64,000 nucleotides of DNA. Origin: a bacterium. GTDB lineage: Bacteria; Desulfobacterota; Binatia; HRBIN30; CADEER01. A program made the translations under genes and the position numbers. A model generated the notes under the pieces. The model was not told the DNA's origin. It did no database searches and saw nothing but the letters and a program-made list of their open reading frames with translations. The stretch covers positions 1,322 through 65,321 of the forward strand of contig JANNRA010000035.1 of the NCBI GenBank assembly GCA_031401035.1, read 5' to 3'. Shown here one piece after another: positions 19,079-28,833 of the stretch; position 1 is the first letter of the stretch, and every line of letters begins with the position of its first letter.

Positions 19079-19096
19079 GGCGCGGCGCGCGGCGGC

Positions 19097-20239
19097 TCAG
19101 TGCCCGGGCTGGCCGGCGACGCCGGGCCTGAAGCGAAAGATCTGGTAGGGCGCGTGCGCGCGCATCTCGGCGGCGGGGACGAAGAGGACGTTCTGCAGCG
19201 AGCTGGCGGTGACGTACAGCCAGCCGTCCGGGCCGAAACTGAAGCCGTCCGGCCACCGCAGGCGCGGGTCCTTGATCAGCGTCGTCAACTGGCGGTCCTG
19301 GCCCAGCCGCAGCACCGCCGAGTGTTCCATGTCGCTCAGGTAGATGTTGTCCTGCGCGTCCATGGTCAGCCCATCGCTGAGCGTCTTGGCGGCGAAATCC
19401 TCGACGCGCGCCGCCAGCGCCTCGGGCGTCAGTGAGGGGTCAGTGAGATCGCGGGCGCGGATGCGAAACAGCCGGTCGCCGGTGACGGGTCCGTAGTAGA
19501 GCCACTCGCCGCGCTGATCGAGGGCGATCGAGTCCACGGCGATGCGCAGCGTCGCCAGGCCGTAGATGACCATGTCGCGGCCCGGGGCCTGAATGACGTA
19601 GTCGCCGGTCGCCACCGACGCATGGCCGTCGAGCAGCCGCCGGCTGCGGCGCTGCGCGACATCGTAGACGATCAGCGCCGGCCGCTGCAGGATCGGGCTG
19701 GTCTCGGCGATGAAGATCGTGTTGCCGTCAGGGGCGACCTGGAAGTCGTTGAGCATCGACGGGAAGCCGGCGACGTCGGACGGAAAGTCATACTGGTGCA
19801 CGAGTGCGTTGGTGGCCAGATCGAACGCCACCAGGCGCGGCTGGCCGCGGCCGTAGTCGGCGTAGTCGAGCACCCACAGGCGGTTCTGCCGGTCGATGCG
19901 CAGCGCCAACGGGCTCTGGAAATGCGGCGTGCCGTCGGCCGGCTGCTGGAACGCCGCGTCGGGGTAGGGCGTCGGGCGGCCGTCGACCAGCTCGAGCACC
20001 TTCAGCGGCGGCGCCCCGTCCGGATGCAACGTGAAGAAGACGCGGCCATCGGCCGAGACCGCGACGTTGCCGGGCGGGTGGTCGAGGTCGACCACCACCT
20101 CGAGCGCCGCCGCCGGCAGCAGCGGCGCCGTGCTGCGATCCTCGAGCCGGGCGCCGCCACCCATCAGCAGGCGCACGCTCCCCGCCACCAGGACCAGCAG
20201 CGCGAAGACAAGGCCGACCGCCGTCGCGACACGTTTCAT
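19097..20239 (-). CDS. Secreted beta-propeller protein, SMP-30/gluconolactonase/LRE-like or MRJP/yellow-like family
   Basis: Signal peptide MKRVATAVGLVFALLVLVAG. Repeated propeller-blade-like segments. Family assignment is by overall pattern only. Confidence 0.55.
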   Translation of the reverse strand: MKRVATAVGLVFALLVLVAGSVRLLMGGGARLEDRSTAPLLPAAALEVVVDLDHPPGNVAVSADGRVFFTLHPDGAPPLKVLELVDGRPTPYPDAAFQQPADGTPHFQSPLALRIDRQNRLWVLDYADYGRGQPRLVAFDLATNALVHQYDFPSDVAGFPSMLNDFQVAPDGNTIFIAETSPILQRPALIVYDVAQRRSRRLLDGHASVATGDYVIQAPGRDMVIYGLATLRIAVDSIALDQRGEWLYYGPVTGDRLFRIRARDLTDPSLTPEALAARVEDFAAKTLSDGLTMDAQDNIYLSDMEHSAVLRLGQDRQLTTLIKDPRLRWPDGFSFGPDGWLYVTASSLQNVLFVPAAEMRAHAPYQIFRFRPGVAGQPGH

Positions 20240-20386
20240 GTGCCGCACCAGACCCGCCGCCTGCTCCGCGTGTCAAGCGCCGCCGCCGCGGGCGCGCCCC
20301 GGCTGCAGCACGCCCGTGTCGACTGAGGTGCCGCTCTCTTTCTGGACGGTTTCCCGATGCAACCGTAGTGGTATAGGCGCCCCTGC

Positions 20387-23101
20387 ATGTCTCTGCACCC
20401 CGCGTTCCCGGCGTCGCCGTACGCCGAGCTCATCCCGGAACAGCGGTGGTTTCCGGCCGACGAAACGCTGCGCAGTACGGCCTACGAGAAACTGCTGCCG
20501 CCGCTGGTGGCGAGAATTCGGCAAGAGGTCTACGCGTGGCGCAGCAAGGGATACCTGGGCGCCTCTGCGACCTCGGCGGCCTTGTTGCGCTGGTGGTTCG
20601 AGACGGACCACTGGATCGAAGGTGCCGATGGTTCGCGCTCTCTGTTCCGCTACTATTTCGCCCAGCGTGAAGCGGTCGAGACGCTCATCTGGTTGCACGA
20701 GGTCCGACGCGCGCGGGACAAATTCGATCTGCTTCGCTTCGATGCATCGGGCGCGGTGTCCTCGGGCATGTTCGATGAGGACTGGCCGCGCTACGTCCTG
20801 AAGATGGCGACCGGTGCGGGGAAGACGAAAGTCCTCTCCCTGCTGATTGCGTGGAGCTTCTTCCACAAGCGCTACGAGGATGACTCCGCGCTGGCCCGCA
20901 ACTTCCTCGTCATCGCCCCCAACATCATCGTGCTTGAGCGACTGCGGGCGGACTTCGACGGCCTGCGCATCTTCTTCAACGACCCCGTCCTGCCTACCAA
21001 TGGGCACGCAGGGCGGAACTGGCACGACGACTTCCAACTGACCCTTCACATCCAGGACGACGTGCGCGTGGTCCGCGACACCGGCAATCTCTTCTTGACC
21101 AACATCCACCGCGTCTTCCTCGGCGACGTTGCCGATCCCTCGCTGGAGGACGACGACCTGCGCGACTACTTCCTCGACCCGTTTGGCCCGAAGCCTGCGG
21201 GAAAGACCACCGACAGCAAGACCGACCTCGGCGAGATCATCCGCGACGTCGAGGAGCTGGCCGTCTTCAACGACGAGGCGCATCACATTCACAACCCAAA
21301 GATGGCGTGGTTCAAATCCATCCAGGATATCCACCACGGGATGCTGCAAAAGGATCGCCGCCTGGCGCTGCAAGTGGACGTAACGGCGACGCCGCGCCAC
21401 GACAACGGGGCGATCTTCGTCCAGACGGTTTCCGACTACCCCCTGGTCGAGGCCATCCACCAGAACGTCGTCAAGCATCCCGTCCTGCCCGACGCCGTCA
21501 GCCGGGCCAAGCTGCACGAGCACACCAGCGCCATCTTCACGGAGAAATACGCCGACTACCTCGCGCTCGGCATCGAGGAGTGGCGCAAGAGCTACGCCGA
21601 ACACGAACCGCTGGGCAAGAAAACCGTCCTCTTCGTCATGGTGGACGACACCCGCAACTGCGACGACGTCGGCGCGTACCTCGAAACCATCTGCCCCGAG
21701 CTGCAAGGGGCGGTGCTCGTCATCCACACCAAGAACAACGGCGACATTTCCGAGGCCGCCTCAGGCAAGAACAAGGAAGAACTGGAACTCCTCCGCAAGC
21801 AGTCCAACGAGATCGATTCCTGGAAATCGCCGTTCAAGGCCATCGTCTCGGTCCTCGTGCTCAAGGAAGGATGGGACCTGCGCAACGTCACGACCATCGT
21901 CGGCCTCCGCGCTTACGTTGCGAAGAGCAACATCTTGCCTGAGCAAACGCTTGGGCGTGGGCTGCGCCGGATGTACTTCGGCACCGACACGCAGGAAACC
22001 GTGTCCGTCATGGGGACGCCGGCGTTCATGGACTTCGTCGAGTCCATCCAGAGCGAGGGCGTCAGCTTCGAACACGTCCCGATGGGCGCCGGCACGACAC
22101 GCCAGGATTCGCTCATCGTCGAAGTGGACACCGATAACCCCGACAAGGACCTCGACGGGCTCGACATTGCGCTCCCGAAACTCACGCGCCGCTTTCACCG
22201 CGACTTCAAGGACCTCGACGCGCTCGACCCGGCGGCCCTGGGGAACACGCGGCTGCCCCTGAAACCGTTCACGCCGGAAGAGACGCGGCAGATCGTGTTC
22301 AAGACCATCCTCGACGCCGAGGTCCATCACACCATCCAGCTCGACGGCGCCGGGCCGGCCGACTACCGCTCCGTCGTGGCGTTCTTCGCCCGCCAGCTCC
22401 TCAAAGATCTGCGCCTCGTCGGCGGCTACGACGTGCTCTATGGGAAGGTGAAGACCTTCATGCGCGAGCATCTGTTCGCCCCATCGCCGGTGCAGCTCGA
22501 GGACCCGGTCGTGCTGCGCAACCTCTCGGAGGCCGATGTCGGCAAAGTGCTGTACGATGCCTTCAAGACCGCCATCAACGCGCTTACCATTCAGGTAACC
22601 GGCACGACGCGCATCGAAGATCGCATTCGCCTGCGCGAGACGCGTCCCTTTCGCACCGAGCCCCGGCCCTATCTCGCGGCGCGCAAGTCGATCTTCACCA
22701 AGATCGTCGGCGAGCCCCACTCCGGCGGCTTCGAGCTCTCCTTTGCGGCCTTCCTCGACGCCGCGCCGGACGTCGCCGCGTTCGCCAAGAACTACCTCGC
22801 GGTCGGCTTCAAACTCGACTACGTCAAGGCCGATGGCGACCTCTCCAACTACACGCCCGACTTCATCGTCCGCACCACCGACGGTGCGGTCTGGATCGTC
22901 GAAACCAAGGGTCGTCAGGAGATCGATCTGCCGCAGAAGATGACGCGGCTGCGGCAGTGGTGCGCGGACGCGACCGCCGCCGAGGAGAATGGCCAGCGGT
23001 ACGATTTCGTTTTCGTCGATCAACCCAGCTTCGAGAAGCACGTCCCGCAGACATTCGCCGCGGTCGCCGCCAGCTTCACCGAGCACAAAGGGTGCCCATG
23101 A
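20387..23101 (+). CDS. res: Type III restriction enzyme Res subunit (SF2 helicase with C-terminal PD-(D/E)xK nuclease)
   Basis: Walker A 'ATGAGKT'. DEAH box 'VFNDEAHH'. Helicase C motifs. C-terminal 'YTPDFIV…VWIVETKG' nuclease motif. Confidence 0.85.
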   Translation: MSLHPAFPASPYAELIPEQRWFPADETLRSTAYEKLLPPLVARIRQEVYAWRSKGYLGASATSAALLRWWFETDHWIEGADGSRSLFRYYFAQREAVETLIWLHEVRRARDKFDLLRFDASGAVSSGMFDEDWPRYVLKMATGAGKTKVLSLLIAWSFFHKRYEDDSALARNFLVIAPNIIVLERLRADFDGLRIFFNDPVLPTNGHAGRNWHDDFQLTLHIQDDVRVVRDTGNLFLTNIHRVFLGDVADPSLEDDDLRDYFLDPFGPKPAGKTTDSKTDLGEIIRDVEELAVFNDEAHHIHNPKMAWFKSIQDIHHGMLQKDRRLALQVDVTATPRHDNGAIFVQTVSDYPLVEAIHQNVVKHPVLPDAVSRAKLHEHTSAIFTEKYADYLALGIEEWRKSYAEHEPLGKKTVLFVMVDDTRNCDDVGAYLETICPELQGAVLVIHTKNNGDISEAASGKNKEELELLRKQSNEIDSWKSPFKAIVSVLVLKEGWDLRNVTTIVGLRAYVAKSNILPEQTLGRGLRRMYFGTDTQETVSVMGTPAFMDFVESIQSEGVSFEHVPMGAGTTRQDSLIVEVDTDNPDKDLDGLDIALPKLTRRFHRDFKDLDALDPAALGNTRLPLKPFTPEETRQIVFKTILDAEVHHTIQLDGAGPADYRSVVAFFARQLLKDLRLVGGYDVLYGKVKTFMREHLFAPSPVQLEDPVVLRNLSEADVGKVLYDAFKTAINALTIQVTGTTRIEDRIRLRETRPFRTEPRPYLAARKSIFTKIVGEPHSGGFELSFAAFLDAAPDVAAFAKNYLAVGFKLDYVKADGDLSNYTPDFIVRTTDGAVWIVETKGRQEIDLPQKMTRLRQWCADATAAEENGQRYDFVFVDQPSFEKHVPQTFAAVAASFTEHKGCP

Positions 23102-23997
23102 GCGACTCCCATCCCAATCCCGAGACCCGCATCGCGCTGTTCCAGCGCAAGGAAGTTCGCCGAACCATCCACGACAACGAATGGTGGTTCGTCATCACGG
23201 ACGTGATCACGGCCCTGACCGATTCGGTCGATCCGTCGCAGTACCTCAAGCGCATCCGCCAGCGTGATCCGCACCTGGATGCGGTCTTCAAAGGGGGGGT
23301 ACAAGTTGTACCCCCCCTTGCCCTGGAGTTTGCGACTGGCGGCGGTCCTCAGAAGATTCTCTGCTGGAACACCGAGGGGCTGTTCCGCCTCATCCAATCC
23401 ATTCCAAGCCGCAAGGCCGAGCCGTTCAAGCGTTGGCTCGCCAAGGTCGGCTACGAACGCATCCGAGAGATCGAAGACCCCGAGCTCGCAACGAAACGCA
23501 GCCGCGCCCTGTACACGGCCAAGGGCTACTCGGACGCCTGGATCGAGAAGCGGATGCGCTCCATCGCCATCCGCGACGAGCTCACCGGCGAATGGAAGAA
23601 GCGCGGCGTGAAAGAAGGGCGCGAGTACGGCATCCTCACGGCGGAGATCTCCCAGGCCACCTTCGGTCTGACGCCCAGCCACTATGCCGCGCTCAAGCAA
23701 CTCAAGGGCGAGAACCTGCGCGACCACATGGACGACCTCGAGCTGATCTTCTCCATGTTGGGCGAAGCCGCCACTACCGAGATCGCCCGCACCCGCGATG
23801 CCCAGGGGTTTCCGCAGAACAAGCAGGTCGCCCACGCCGGCGGCACGGTCGCCGGCAATGCCCGCCGTGAGCTCGAACAAAAGAGCGGCCGCAAGGTCGT
23901 CAGCGGCGAGAACTACCTGGCGCTGACGCAAGCGGCGAAGAAAGCGCAGCGGCTGGCAGGCAAGGCCCCCACCAAACCGCGCGGCCGAGAATCCTGA
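23098..23997 (+). CDS. dinD: DinD-family (DNA-damage-inducible protein D-like) protein with N-terminal Bro-N domain, embedded in the R-M operon
   Basis: Bro-N-like 'NEWWFVITDVITAL…ILCWNTEGLFRLIQSIPSRKAEPFKRWLAKV'. C-terminal half aligns with E. coli DinD as recalled from memory. The ATG overlaps the res stop (ATGA). It ends 2 nt before the mod ATG. Confidence 0.7.
   Translation: MSDSHPNPETRIALFQRKEVRRTIHDNEWWFVITDVITALTDSVDPSQYLKRIRQRDPHLDAVFKGGVQVVPPLALEFATGGGPQKILCWNTEGLFRLIQSIPSRKAEPFKRWLAKVGYERIREIEDPELATKRSRALYTAKGYSDAWIEKRMRSIAIRDELTGEWKKRGVKEGREYGILTAEISQATFGLTPSHYAALKQLKGENLRDHMDDLELIFSMLGEAATTEIARTRDAQGFPQNKQVAHAGGTVAGNARRELEQKSGRKVVSGENYLALTQAAKKAQRLAGKAPTKPRGRES
23293..23317. repeat. 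Perfect 25-bp palindrome GGGGGGGTACAAGTTGTACCCCCCC (G7/C7 tracts) inside the dinD-like CDS
   Basis: Read directly. It encodes KGGVQVVPPL and has a lower-GC local context. Confidence 0.9.
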
Positions 23998-23999
23998 CG

Positions 24000-26327
24000 A
24001 TGGCCCGCGCGCCCGCCGACGCCTAGGAGCTCTCCGACGCCGAGAAGCGCGACCTCATCAAGCTCATCACCGAGGGCAAGCCGCTGCCGGAGAGGTACCG
24101 CTTCCTCCTCTTCGCCGATAAGCGCGAGGTCGAGCTCGTCTGGAACGGCAAGTCGCGCGACGTCTGCACGACCATCCTTCCCTTCCAGACCCTCGAACAC
24201 ATCGACGAGCCGCGGCAAGAGGCGGCAGACGAGCAAGCCGCCCTCTTCGATCAACGCGGCCGCCAGCTCAAAGGTTGGACCAACAAGCTCATCTGGGGCG
24301 ACAACAAACTCATCCTCGCCTCGCTCAAGAGCGGCGCGCTGCGGCGCCAGATCGAGGACGCCGGCGGGCTGAAGCTCATCTACATCGACCCGCCCTTCGA
24401 CGTCGGCGCCGACTTCAGCATGGACATCGAAATCGGCGGCGAAACCTTCCACAAAGAACCGAACCTCCTCGAACAGATTGCCTACCGCGACACCTGGGGC
24501 CGCGGCGCGGATTCGTTCATCGCCATGATCTACGAACGCCTCATTCTCATGCGCGATTTGATGCACAGCGAGGGCAGCATCTATGTGCATTGCGATTGGC
24601 GGGTGACGGCGTTTATTCGCTTGGCAATGGGAGAGGTCTTCAATGAATCAAACTTTCGAAACGAGATTATTTGGAAGAGGACGAGTGCCCACAGTAGTGC
24701 GAAGCGTTTTGGCCCGGTCCACGACACAGTTCTGCTTTACGCAAAGACAGATGCGCAGATTTGGAACGAAGTGCTGCAAGATTATGAGGCAGCGTACATT
24801 GAGCAAAGGTTCGCCCGAACTGACCCGGACGGCAGGCCATGGAAGGATGCTGACCTCACCGGCTCGGGCATTCGACAAGGCAACACCGGACTGCCGTGGC
24901 GTGGCTTTAATCCCACCGAGAAAGGCCGGCATTGGGCCTATCCACCAAGGGAACTCGATGTGATGGATAGCAGGGGTTTGATCCATTGGCCGAAGAAGAA
25001 GAGCGGCTGGCCGAGGCACAAGCAGCATCAGGAGAGGATGGCTGGGATTCCGGTTCAGGATGTCATCACCGACATTTTTCCAATCAACGCCATGGCTCAG
25101 GAACGTCTTGCGTACCCCACCCAAAAGCCCGAAGCCTTGCTTGAGCGCATCCTCAGGGCCAGCAGCAACGAAGGCGATCTCGTCGCTGACTTCTTCTGCG
25201 GCAGCGGCACAACCGCCGCCGTAGCCGAGAAGCTCGGGCGCAAGTGGATCGCTACTGACCTCGGGAAGTTCGGCATCCACACCACTCGCAAGCGGCTGAT
25301 TCAGGTGCAGCGCGAACTCAAGGCAGGTGGCAAGCCGTTCCGTGCCTTCGAGGTGCTGAACCTCGGCCGCTACGAGCGCCAAGCGTATCTGAACGTCAGC
25401 GGTCGGCTCACGGGCAAGAAGAAGGAGCAGGCGTTGGCGCGCAAGGAACAGGAGTTCCGCGATCTGATCCTCAAGGCCTACCGCGCTGAGCCGTTGCCGG
25501 ATGCGGGATTCTTCCACGGTAAGAGCGGGGGGCGGCTGGTGGTCGTTGGCCCGATCAACCTGCCGGTGGGCCGGCTGTTCGTGGAGGAGGTCATCACGGA
25601 GTGCCGCAAGCGCGGCGCGACGCGCGCCGATGTGCTGGCGTTCGAGTTCGAGATGGGCCTTTTCCCCGCCGTGCTGGACGAGGCGAAGCAGAAGGGTATC
25701 GATCTGGCGCCCAAGGCGATTCCGCCGGAAGTGTTCGACAAGCGCGCCGTCGAGAAGGGCCAGGTTCGCTTCCACGATGTGGCCTACATCGAAGTCACGC
25801 CGCGTGTCGCCCAGCCGGACTCGCTGACCCTCGCAGTCGAGCTGACCGATTTCTCGGTCTACTACTCGCAGGGCCTGGTGGACGCCATCGCCGCCGATCT
25901 GAAGGAAGGCAAGAGCGAGGTCGTCTGCGAGCAGGGCCAGCTGCTCAAGGTGAGCAAGGACAAGAACGGCATCGTCACACGCGACGTCCTGACCAAGCTG
26001 TGGACGGATTGGGTCGATTACTGGGCGGTCGATTTCGACTACGAGAGTCGGAAGGAAATCATCAAGGTGGCGAAGAATCTCGGCGTCGAAGGGCAGCTCC
26101 CCGGCACGGCCGACACCAGTGAGTTCATCGAGTTCGAGGAGCGTTGGACGGGCGCCTACGTCTTCGAGAACGAGTGGCAGAGCTTCCGCACCCGGCAGAA
26201 CCGCGCGCTGGAACTGACCTCCGCCACGCACACCTATGCGACGCCCGGTCGCTACGTCGTAGCCGTGAAGGTGATCGACATCTTCGGCAACGACACGATG
26301 ACGCTCGTCCCTCTCACCGTGGGTTGA
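24000..26327 (+). pseudogene. mod: Type III Mod (beta-class N6-adenine DNA methyltransferase) interrupted by an in-frame TAG at codon 9; carries a C-terminal PKD-like domain
   Basis: ATG 24000, MARAPADA, then TAG at 24024-24026. The same frame continues ELSDAEKRDLIKLITEGKPLPERYRFLLF … IYIDPPFDVGADF (motif IV) … ADFFCGSGTTAAV (motif I). The next in-frame ATG (24418) lies after motif IV. The C-terminus HTYATPGRYVVAVKVIDIFGNDTMTLVPLTV is PKD-like. Confidence 0.7.
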
Positions 26328-26358
26328 CGGTTCTGCCGGGTCCGGACTGGCGTTTGCG

Positions 26359-28764
26359 CTACTCCGCCATGACGCCGCGGCCGCGGACGATGTCGAATTC
26401 GCGCTGCTCCGGCGCCGTCAGCTTCTCGTCCCCCAGACGCACCGCGACACGGTCGATTTGGCCGGTGAAGCGGAAGGGTACCTGGTACTCCTCGCTGACT
26501 GGCGTGCCGGTGTCCTCACCGCAGTCGAGCGTCTCGTCGAGCGACATGCGGAAGCCGAGCGTGCGCGCGAGCTTGCCCTCGCCGGCCGGCTTGCCGTCGA
26601 CCGTCAACGTCGCGGTGCCGCCCTTGCCGAGTCCGGGACCGTCGTAGGCGAAGGCGAGCTCGACGGTGTGCTTGCCGGGTGCCAGGGCCGCCTTGCCGGT
26701 GACGCAGTAGCGCTCGACGCCGGCGAGGTTGTAACAGAAGACCGGCTTGCCCTTGAGCACAAACAGCCCCCAACCGGCGAAGCGGCCGCCCTGGGTGAGC
26801 AGCATGCCCTCGGCGCCGCCCTTCGGGACCTCGAGGCCGGCGGCGATGGTGAAAGACTTGTTCTTCATGTCCGGCGCGGCGCCTTCGGGAATGCGCACCT
26901 GGCCCGGAAAGTAGGTGAACACCGAGCGGCCGCGCGTCAGGCTCGGGCGGTTGGTGGTGTCGAGGCGCTCGACCTTGCTGTTATCGAGCGGCAGCACGCC
27001 GTTGCGGGCCGCCTCGACCCAGAACAGGTCCTGCATCTGGCGCAGCCGCGCCGGCTCCTGCGCCGCCAGGTTGTTCGCCTGACTGAAATCGTCGGTGATC
27101 CGATACAGTTCCCAGTTGTAGTCCAGCACGCCGACCGTCCCGGCAACCGACGCCCACGGGGGACTCGGCGGCGTCGTCGCCGCGACCCAGCCGTCGTTGT
27201 AGATGGCGCGGTTGCCGAGCATTTCGAAGTACTGCGTGCGGCGGCGCGACGGCGCCTTGGCGTCGTCGAAGGTGTAGAGCATGCTGACGCCCTCGACCGG
27301 CTGTTGCGGCACGCCGTTGAGCACCGACGGCGAGGCGACGCCGACAGCGTCGAGGATGGTCGGATAGAGGTCGACGACGTGGTGGAACTGGGTGCGGACA
27401 CCGCCCGGTTGCTTGATGCGCGCCGGCCACGAGATGACCATGCCGTTGCGCGTGCCGCCGAAATGCGAGGCGATCTGCTTGGTCCACTGGAAGGGCGTGT
27501 CCATCGCGTGCGCCCAGCCGATCGGGTAGTGGTTGAAGGTGTTCGGCCCGCCGAGTTCGTCCATGCGGCGCAGCACTTCCGAGAACTGCTCGGGGATGTT
27601 GTTGAAGAACGTCATCTCGTTGAGCAGGCCGTTGGCGCCGCCCTCGGCGCTGGCGCCGTTGTCGCCCTGGATGTAGATGACCAGCGTGTCGTCGAGCTCA
27701 CCGAGTTCGGCGACCGCGTCGAGGACGCGCCCCATCTGGAAGTCGCAGTGCGCCAGCGCCGCCGCGTACACTTCCATCATGTGCGCCGCGACCTTCTGGT
27801 GATCGGCGTCGAGCGAATCCCACGCCGGGATGCCGGGTGAGCGTTCGGTCAGCTTGGTATCGGCGGGCACGATGCCGAGCTGCTTCTGCCGCGCCAGCGT
27901 CTCCTCGCGCACCTTATCCCAGCCCTGATCGAACTGGCCCTTGAACTTGGCGATCCACTCCTGCGGCGCGTGATGCGGCGCATGCGCGGTGCCGGGGGCG
28001 TAGTAGGTCACCCACGGCTTCTCCGGCGCCACCGCGTGCAGCATGCGGATGCGCGCGATGGCATGATCGGCCATGTCGCGGTCGAAGAAATACTCCGCAT
28101 CGTCGTGCGGCGGCTCGACCGGCTTGATCCCCTCGACCAGCGCCGGCGTCCACTGGCTCGTGTCGCCGCCGATGAAGCCGTAGAAATACTCGAAGCCGAG
28201 TCCGGTCGGCCACAGATCGAACGGCCCCGCCTGGCTGCCCTGCCAGTCGGGCACGTTGTGGTTCTTGCCGTACCAGGCGGTGTTGTAGCCGTTCTGCCTG
28301 AGCACCTCCGCGAAAGTGCCGGCGCTCTTCGGCATCAGCGTGTTGTAGCCGGGGAAGCCGGTGCCGGCCTCCATGATGACGCCCGTCGCCGCCGCGTGGT
28401 GGTTGCGTCCGGAGAGCAGCGCGGCGCGCGTCGGCGAACACAGCGCCGTGGTGTGGAACTGCGTGTAGCGCAGGCCGTTCTTCGCCAGCCGGTCGAGCGT
28501 CGCCGTCGGGATCGGCCCGCCGAAGGGGCTCGAGGCGCCGAAGCCGACGTCGTCGGTGAGGATGACCAGGATGTTCGGCGCCCGTTCGGGCGCGGCGACC
28601 TCCGCCGGGAAGTCCTTCACCGAATCCGCGGCGGTGAGGCCGATGTGGCCGCCGAACGGTTGCGCGGGTCGCGGCAACACGTCCTGCGCCGACGCCGGCG
28701 CGATGAAGAGGGTGGCGGCCAGCAGGGCGTGGGCGAGGGTTCGCGGTGCGGGACGTGGCGTCAT
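26359..28764 (-). CDS. Arylsulfatase (formylglycine-dependent sulfatase family)
   Basis: Signal peptide. 'LCSPTRAALLSGR' C-x-P-x-R FGly motif. 'GKNH' present. About 800 aa. Confidence 0.85.
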   Translation of the reverse strand: MTPRPAPRTLAHALLAATLFIAPASAQDVLPRPAQPFGGHIGLTAADSVKDFPAEVAAPERAPNILVILTDDVGFGASSPFGGPIPTATLDRLAKNGLRYTQFHTTALCSPTRAALLSGRNHHAAATGVIMEAGTGFPGYNTLMPKSAGTFAEVLRQNGYNTAWYGKNHNVPDWQGSQAGPFDLWPTGLGFEYFYGFIGGDTSQWTPALVEGIKPVEPPHDDAEYFFDRDMADHAIARIRMLHAVAPEKPWVTYYAPGTAHAPHHAPQEWIAKFKGQFDQGWDKVREETLARQKQLGIVPADTKLTERSPGIPAWDSLDADHQKVAAHMMEVYAAALAHCDFQMGRVLDAVAELGELDDTLVIYIQGDNGASAEGGANGLLNEMTFFNNIPEQFSEVLRRMDELGGPNTFNHYPIGWAHAMDTPFQWTKQIASHFGGTRNGMVISWPARIKQPGGVRTQFHHVVDLYPTILDAVGVASPSVLNGVPQQPVEGVSMLYTFDDAKAPSRRRTQYFEMLGNRAIYNDGWVAATTPPSPPWASVAGTVGVLDYNWELYRITDDFSQANNLAAQEPARLRQMQDLFWVEAARNGVLPLDNSKVERLDTTNRPSLTRGRSVFTYFPGQVRIPEGAAPDMKNKSFTIAAGLEVPKGGAEGMLLTQGGRFAGWGLFVLKGKPVFCYNLAGVERYCVTGKAALAPGKHTVELAFAYDGPGLGKGGTATLTVDGKPAGEGKLARTLGFRMSLDETLDCGEDTGTPVSEEYQVPFRFTGQIDRVAVRLGDEKLTAPEQREFDIVRGRGVMAE

Positions 28765-28833
28765 GATCCCCCTCTAGCGCAGCGGCGCCCCGGCAGACCA
28801 ACCCCGCAGCCCCGCACCCGGAGCGCGGGAGGC

